Of a stretch of 64,000 nucleotides of DNA, positions 60,148-64,000 are shown in pieces. Every line of letters begins with the position of its first letter. The stretch's first letter is position 1. The position numbers were made by a program, and so were the translations under genes. Origin of the DNA: an uncultured Fibrobacterota bacterium (GTDB lineage: Bacteria; Fibrobacterota; Chitinivibrionia; Chitinivibrionales; FEN-1185); the NCBI GenBank assembly GCA_963753345.1, contig CAVWBU010000021.1, forward strand, positions 1-64,000. The letters run 5' to 3'. The notes under the pieces are model-generated. The model had not been told where the DNA came from, ran no database searches, and worked only from the letters and a program-made list of their open reading frames with translations.

Positions 60148-60813
60148 TTATTCCAGCCGATACTCCATCGGAAACTTCACCATGACCCGCACAGGTGGAC
60201 GTGGAAACGGGGCCGCCCGCCTGATCGTGGACACGGCATCCTTGTCGAGTATCGAAGCCCCCGATCCCTTGAGTATGTCAATATTCTCAACTCCGCCGTC
60301 TTCGCGCACACAGAACGAGAGATAGACCGTGCCGGAGATTTTCATTTCGAGCGCTATGGGCGGATAAACTGCTTTACGGTAGATGATGTCACGGATGTAT
60401 TCGAACTGCTCCTTAAAGTACCGTTGCCGCTCCTTCTCCCGGACTTGACCCGTGTCCTGTGGCATTCCTATGGGGCCGATCGAGGCAACCTGGACCGGCT
60501 GATCGTCCACTCCGCTTGACTCGGCATCCGCAAACTGCGCCGTTTCGGCAATGGTATCTTGGGCAGTCGTGTCGGGAAATGCCTCTTCTTCCTTTACCGG
60601 CGGAGGGGCGGGCCTTCTGGTGTGCCGGAGAGCCGGTTCCGGCAGGGAGACCGTCGATGCCGCCGTCGGTATCACCGGCGATTTCTCGATGCTGAAATCG
60701 ATCGTGAGCGTGCGCGCCGCCGGAACAGAAAACGCCGCAAGGCCGGTCACGGCGGTGATGAAAACCCCGTGGATCGCCAGGGACACAAGCGTTGCACGTT
60801 TCTCATACGTCAT
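60148..60813 (-). CDS. tonB: Energy transducer TonB
   Basis: SLAIH TM motif, Pro-rich linker, YPPIA...G.V, GSG..LDK.A...IRRAAPFP. Confidence 0.88.
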   Translation of the reverse strand: MTYEKRATLVSLAIHGVFITAVTGLAAFSVPAARTLTIDFSIEKSPVIPTAASTVSLPEPALRHTRRPAPPPVKEEEAFPDTTAQDTIAETAQFADAESSGVDDQPVQVASIGPIGMPQDTGQVREKERQRYFKEQFEYIRDIIYRKAVYPPIALEMKISGTVYLSFCVREDGGVENIDILKGSGASILDKDAVSTIRRAAPFPRPPVRVMVKFPMEYRLE

Positions 60814-61190
60814 CGCTTGGACTCCGTTTGCAGACTGACCCGGGTGAATCCATCGGTCTTAATAACATCGAGCACGTTCACGAACGTCTGAAGGGCAATG
60901 TTCCTGTCCGCGCGGATAAGGATCGGTGTGGACCGATCTATGTTCCTGAGCGCCTCAAACAGCGCCCGCTGACACACGGGAACGGCATTGTAGTAGATCG
61001 TGCCCGTGCGGTCGATTTCGACCGTCTGTATCCGCAGCAGGTCCTCCCGGTTCCTGGATGCCTGCGGCAACTGCAACGGGATGGATCCTGCCGCAACCAG
61101 CGTTGATGTGGTAAGTACGATGGTCAACAGCACCAGCATCACGTCAACGAACGGTATCACGTTTATATAGTCGAATTCTTTCTCATCCAT
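60810..61190 (-). CDS. exbD: Biopolymer transporter ExbD
   Basis: [25 protein letters not shown]. Confidence 0.9.
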   Translation of the reverse strand: MDEKEFDYINVIPFVDVMLVLLTIVLTTSTLVAAGSIPLQLPQASRNREDLLRIQTVEIDRTGTIYYNAVPVCQRALFEALRNIDRSTPILIRADRNIALQTFVNVLDVIKTDGFTRVSLQTESKR

Positions 61191-61614
61191 GATGAATGTC
61201 CCATTCAAGGAGCAGTCTCTTGACTTTTCGCAATAGGAAATTATACAGTACCACGGACGGAATTGCGACAAGCAGGCCGACCGCGGTCGCCTTGAGCGCC
61301 AGGGCAAGGCCCACCATGATTCTGCCCGTATCCATGAATCCCTGGTTGCCCAGAGTGTAGAATGTCAACATGATGCCCAGCACCGTGCCCAGCAGGCCCA
61401 CATACGGCGCGCTGCTGCCGATGGTGGCGATTATGTGAACCCGGGACGTCAGCATGAGTTCCAATTCCTTCCTGTTGGTGAAGTCGCCGGGCCGGATGCG
61501 GCGGTACGTGAGCCACCGTTCGATCGCCACGCTCACCGAGACCACGCTGAGCAATACCAGAAGTCCGACGATTCCGTAGTCGATCGCGAATTTCAGCCAT
61601 TCCATAGTTTTCAT
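61183..61614 (-). CDS. exbB: TonB-system energizer ExbB (short type)
   Basis: [38 protein letters not shown]. Confidence 0.9.
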   Translation of the reverse strand: MKTMEWLKFAIDYGIVGLLVLLSVVSVSVAIERWLTYRRIRPGDFTNRKELELMLTSRVHIIATIGSSAPYVGLLGTVLGIMLTFYTLGNQGFMDTGRIMVGLALALKATAVGLLVAIPSVVLYNFLLRKVKRLLLEWDIHHG

Positions 61615-61635
61615 TCCTTCGCCCGCATAGGGCGT

Positions 61636-62718
61636 TCAATGCGCAAGCGCCCGGTCCAGCAGTTCCGCGCATTCCGTGTCGCTGAGCTTTTTGAAATAGA
61701 ACAGCTCGTAGAACCGCTTGGTTTCGGCGCGCATGTCAAGTTTCATCCGGTCCGGATAGAGCAGGTTGGTCAGCCACCGCAGACCGATGATGCGATTGAC
61801 GGACGGCGGCCTGTCGAACCAGCCGAAGGGCAGCGACGGTATCTCGTACACCTTCTTGTTCTTTACGGCATCAAGAATCTGCCACGCGGGGTCGGACATG
61901 ATTTTGGCGAAGTTTTCCGTGCCGTGAGCGAACCCATGATCAACCTGCACGATGATCGTCTCCGGTTTCCATAGCAGCAACTGCTCGAAGGAGACGGCGG
62001 CGCGGCCGTACCCGCGCACCATGGGTACATCGGCCACATTATCTCCGCCCACCATGTCAAGCACCTCGGCATGCATTGACCCCTTCGGGTCCGTTTCCAA
62101 CCCGTTGAGTCCTTCGGCGTAGTAAACCCGTATACGCTTCTGCGCCGGTACCGATGCGGCAACGGCGACGACCGTATCGAGGGTCTGCCGGCAATATCGG
62201 GCAAGGGTATCGGCGCGACGTTGTTCACCGATGAGGGCGCCAACAAAGCGGTACGATGTGTCAAGCGATGTCAGCCGGCCATCGACCATGATCACCGGCG
62301 TTCCAAGTTGCTTCTCCATGCGCTCCGCCGCGGAAATGTCGGTTTTGTCAAGATACCCCATCGACAGAACGATGTCGGGTTTCGCCTTGATGATCACTTC
62401 GGGGTTACCGGTGGTGCTTTTGCCGAACCACCCTCCGAGCAGCGGTTTTTTATTGTACTCCTCAACAAGGAATCGTCGTTCGTCCGCGTCCGGGTTCCAG
62501 GTTGTGCCGGTAATTTTCGCCGGCGCCAGCGTGTACATCATCACCTCGCCCATCGGCGACGTCGAGTAGACGGACCGGATGGTAGCGGGGACAGTGACAT
62601 GGCGGCCTGCCATGTCCACGATGGTTCGTCCTGAAGGAGACGCGGCCCAGCAGATGCCCGCCGAAAGCGCCGTGAAGACCAGCAGCGGAGTCATCATTCG
62701 CAAATTCCTGTTCGTCAC
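61636..62718 (-). CDS. Class III ABC substrate-binding protein
   Basis: IVDMAGR.V.VP, NPEVII..KPD, VYYAEG..GL.TD..GS.H, PFGWFDRPPSVNR..G. Confidence 0.88.
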   Translation of the reverse strand: MTNRNLRMMTPLLVFTALSAGICWAASPSGRTIVDMAGRHVTVPATIRSVYSTSPMGEVMMYTLAPAKITGTTWNPDADERRFLVEEYNKKPLLGGWFGKSTTGNPEVIIKAKPDIVLSMGYLDKTDISAAERMEKQLGTPVIMVDGRLTSLDTSYRFVGALIGEQRRADTLARYCRQTLDTVVAVAASVPAQKRIRVYYAEGLNGLETDPKGSMHAEVLDMVGGDNVADVPMVRGYGRAAVSFEQLLLWKPETIIVQVDHGFAHGTENFAKIMSDPAWQILDAVKNKKVYEIPSLPFGWFDRPPSVNRIIGLRWLTNLLYPDRMKLDMRAETKRFYELFYFKKLSDTECAELLDRALAH

Positions 62719-63491
62719 ATCGCACCTCCTAGGGCCGGAACGCACAAAAAGCGGCCTTGTGCCACCGAAACAATGTCAACGTCAATCCCGTACATTCTTT
62801 TGAGCAGCGCGCAGGTCAGCACCTCCTTGGGCGGGCCGTCGGCCGCTACGCGGCCGTCCAACAGCGCGATCACCCGCGTGGCGCATGCGAATGCGTGGTC
62901 GGGGATGTGGGTTGTGATCATTACTCCCATGTTGCCGGTTGCGAGTTGCCGGATAAGGTTCAACGCCCGGATCTGATTGCCGAAATCAAGATGCAACGTG
63001 GGTTCGTCCATGATGAGAAATTGCGGCGACTGCGCCAGCGCGCGTGCAATCAGCACCAGTTGGCGTTCGCCCCCGCTTATCTGCGCGTAGTTGCGTTCGG
63101 CCAGATGGCCGATATGCAACAGGTCCATTACGCGCGCCGCTTCGAGCCTGTCGTGGTGCGAGGGAATGGAGAAGGCGCCGATAAAGGGCGTCCTTCCCAT
63201 GAGAACAACATCAATGGCGCTGAAGGGAAAAGGCGGGATGTGGATCTGGGGGACATAGGCCAGAGTCCGTGCTCGTTCCCTCGTCGTAAATGTTCGCGCC
63301 GGCCGCTCATCGAAGTGGATATCGCCGGACGAGGGAATGAGCCCGAGAATCGCCTTGAAAAGCGTGGTTTTGCCCGAGCCGTTGGGTCCCAGCAGGCAGA
63401 CGACCTCGCCCGAACACAACGATGCGTTGATTTCCGAAACAACCGTGCGCGAACCGTATCCCGCCGATATGTTGTGCATCGCCAATTTCAT
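62715..63491 (-). CDS. FecE/BtuD-type ABC ATPase
   Basis: GPNGSGKTT, AYVPQ, ISGGERQLVLIARALAQ, MDEPT.HLD. Confidence 0.92.
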   Translation of the reverse strand: MKLAMHNISAGYGSRTVVSEINASLCSGEVVCLLGPNGSGKTTLFKAILGLIPSSGDIHFDERPARTFTTRERARTLAYVPQIHIPPFPFSAIDVVLMGRTPFIGAFSIPSHHDRLEAARVMDLLHIGHLAERNYAQISGGERQLVLIARALAQSPQFLIMDEPTLHLDFGNQIRALNLIRQLATGNMGVMITTHIPDHAFACATRVIALLDGRVAADGPPKEVLTCALLKRMYGIDVDIVSVAQGRFLCVPALGGAM

Positions 63492-64000
63492 ACCCACCCC
63501 CTGCGCCCCCGGGCGAGCAGAAATACGAAAAACGGCGCGCCGATGATCGCGGTCAGGATGCCGATGGGTATTTCGATGGGGAACGCGACGCGCGCTACGG
63601 TGTCGACGAGGAGCAGGAACGCACCTCCCAAAAGCAGCGATGCTGGGAGCAGCACCGGGAAAGAGGGGCCCACAAGCATGCGGGCCAGGTGCGGCACCAC
63701 CAACCCGATCCAGCCGATCATGCCGCTGATGGACACCGCCGCGGCGGTCATCAATGTTGAAGACACGATCGCGATAGCCCGAATCCGTCCCGCGTCCACT
63801 CCCATGGCCTTGGCTTCCTCGTCGCCGAAGGAGAGCACATTGATGCGCCACCGCACGAGCAGCAAAGGGATGGCGCCCGCCAGGGTCGCGATTGCGGCGA
63901 TGCGGGCGTCGGATATGTTGACAGATGCCAGGCTTCCCATAAGCCAATAGGTGATCGCTGGTAGCTTTGAGTAAGGATCGGCGACGTACTTGATAAGCGA
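63488..64000 (-). CDS. FecCD/BtuC-type ABC permease, C-terminal part (continues beyond the window)
   Basis: WLMGSL, GDEEAKAMGV, G.IGWIGLVVPH.AR, EIPIGILTAIIGAP. Confidence 0.92.
   Translation of the reverse strand, partial: SLIKYVADPYSKLPAITYWLMGSLASVNISDARIAAIATLAGAIPLLLVRWRINVLSFGDEEAKAMGVDAGRIRAIAIVSSTLMTAAAVSISGMIGWIGLVVPHLARMLVGPSFPVLLPASLLLGGAFLLLVDTVARVAFPIEIPIGILTAIIGAPFFVFLLARGRRGWV

Overview
Bacterial window, probably Fibrobacterota/Chitinivibrionia-like (inferred only from several secreted proteins with T9SS-type C-terminal domains). (1) 1-10.7 kb: a TCA operon (sdhA-sdhB-sucC-sucD-sucA-sucB-lpdA'-citrate synthase) with three lesions (ATC start of sucC, truncated lpdA, frameshifted citrate synthase), then an FMN alpha-hydroxy-acid dehydrogenase. 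(2) 10.7-46 kb: an accessory region downstream of a minus-strand tRNA-Ser(CGA) at 45963-46054, with a truncated tyrosine integrase, two copies of tRNA-Ser 3' ends (att sites, about 30.5-30.7 kb) and arm-type repeats. A same-orientation family of relic ends (3' end of a CxCGCG/MerR-HTH gene; 3' end of a Xer-like recombinase plus an ATCTTGAAGAT palindrome) brackets different cargo blocks: an ArsS arsenosugar-type cluster with redox genes, a GH71/99-like enzyme and a VIT-like secreted protein. An Fe3+-type ABC transporter and MarR-MFS follow. Two diverged copies of a ~120-bp double-hairpin element also occur. (3) 47.5-64 kb: a mostly minus-strand Mo/W-uptake region: modABC + TOBE, a porin, a divergent TupA, a TonB-dependent receptor, two class III binding proteins, FecCD/E-type ABC, ExbB/ExbD/TonB, XdhC, two DUF364 proteins and two methyltransferases, with two ModE-type boxes. 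All calls come from reading the sequence and recalled family motifs; no database searches were run.
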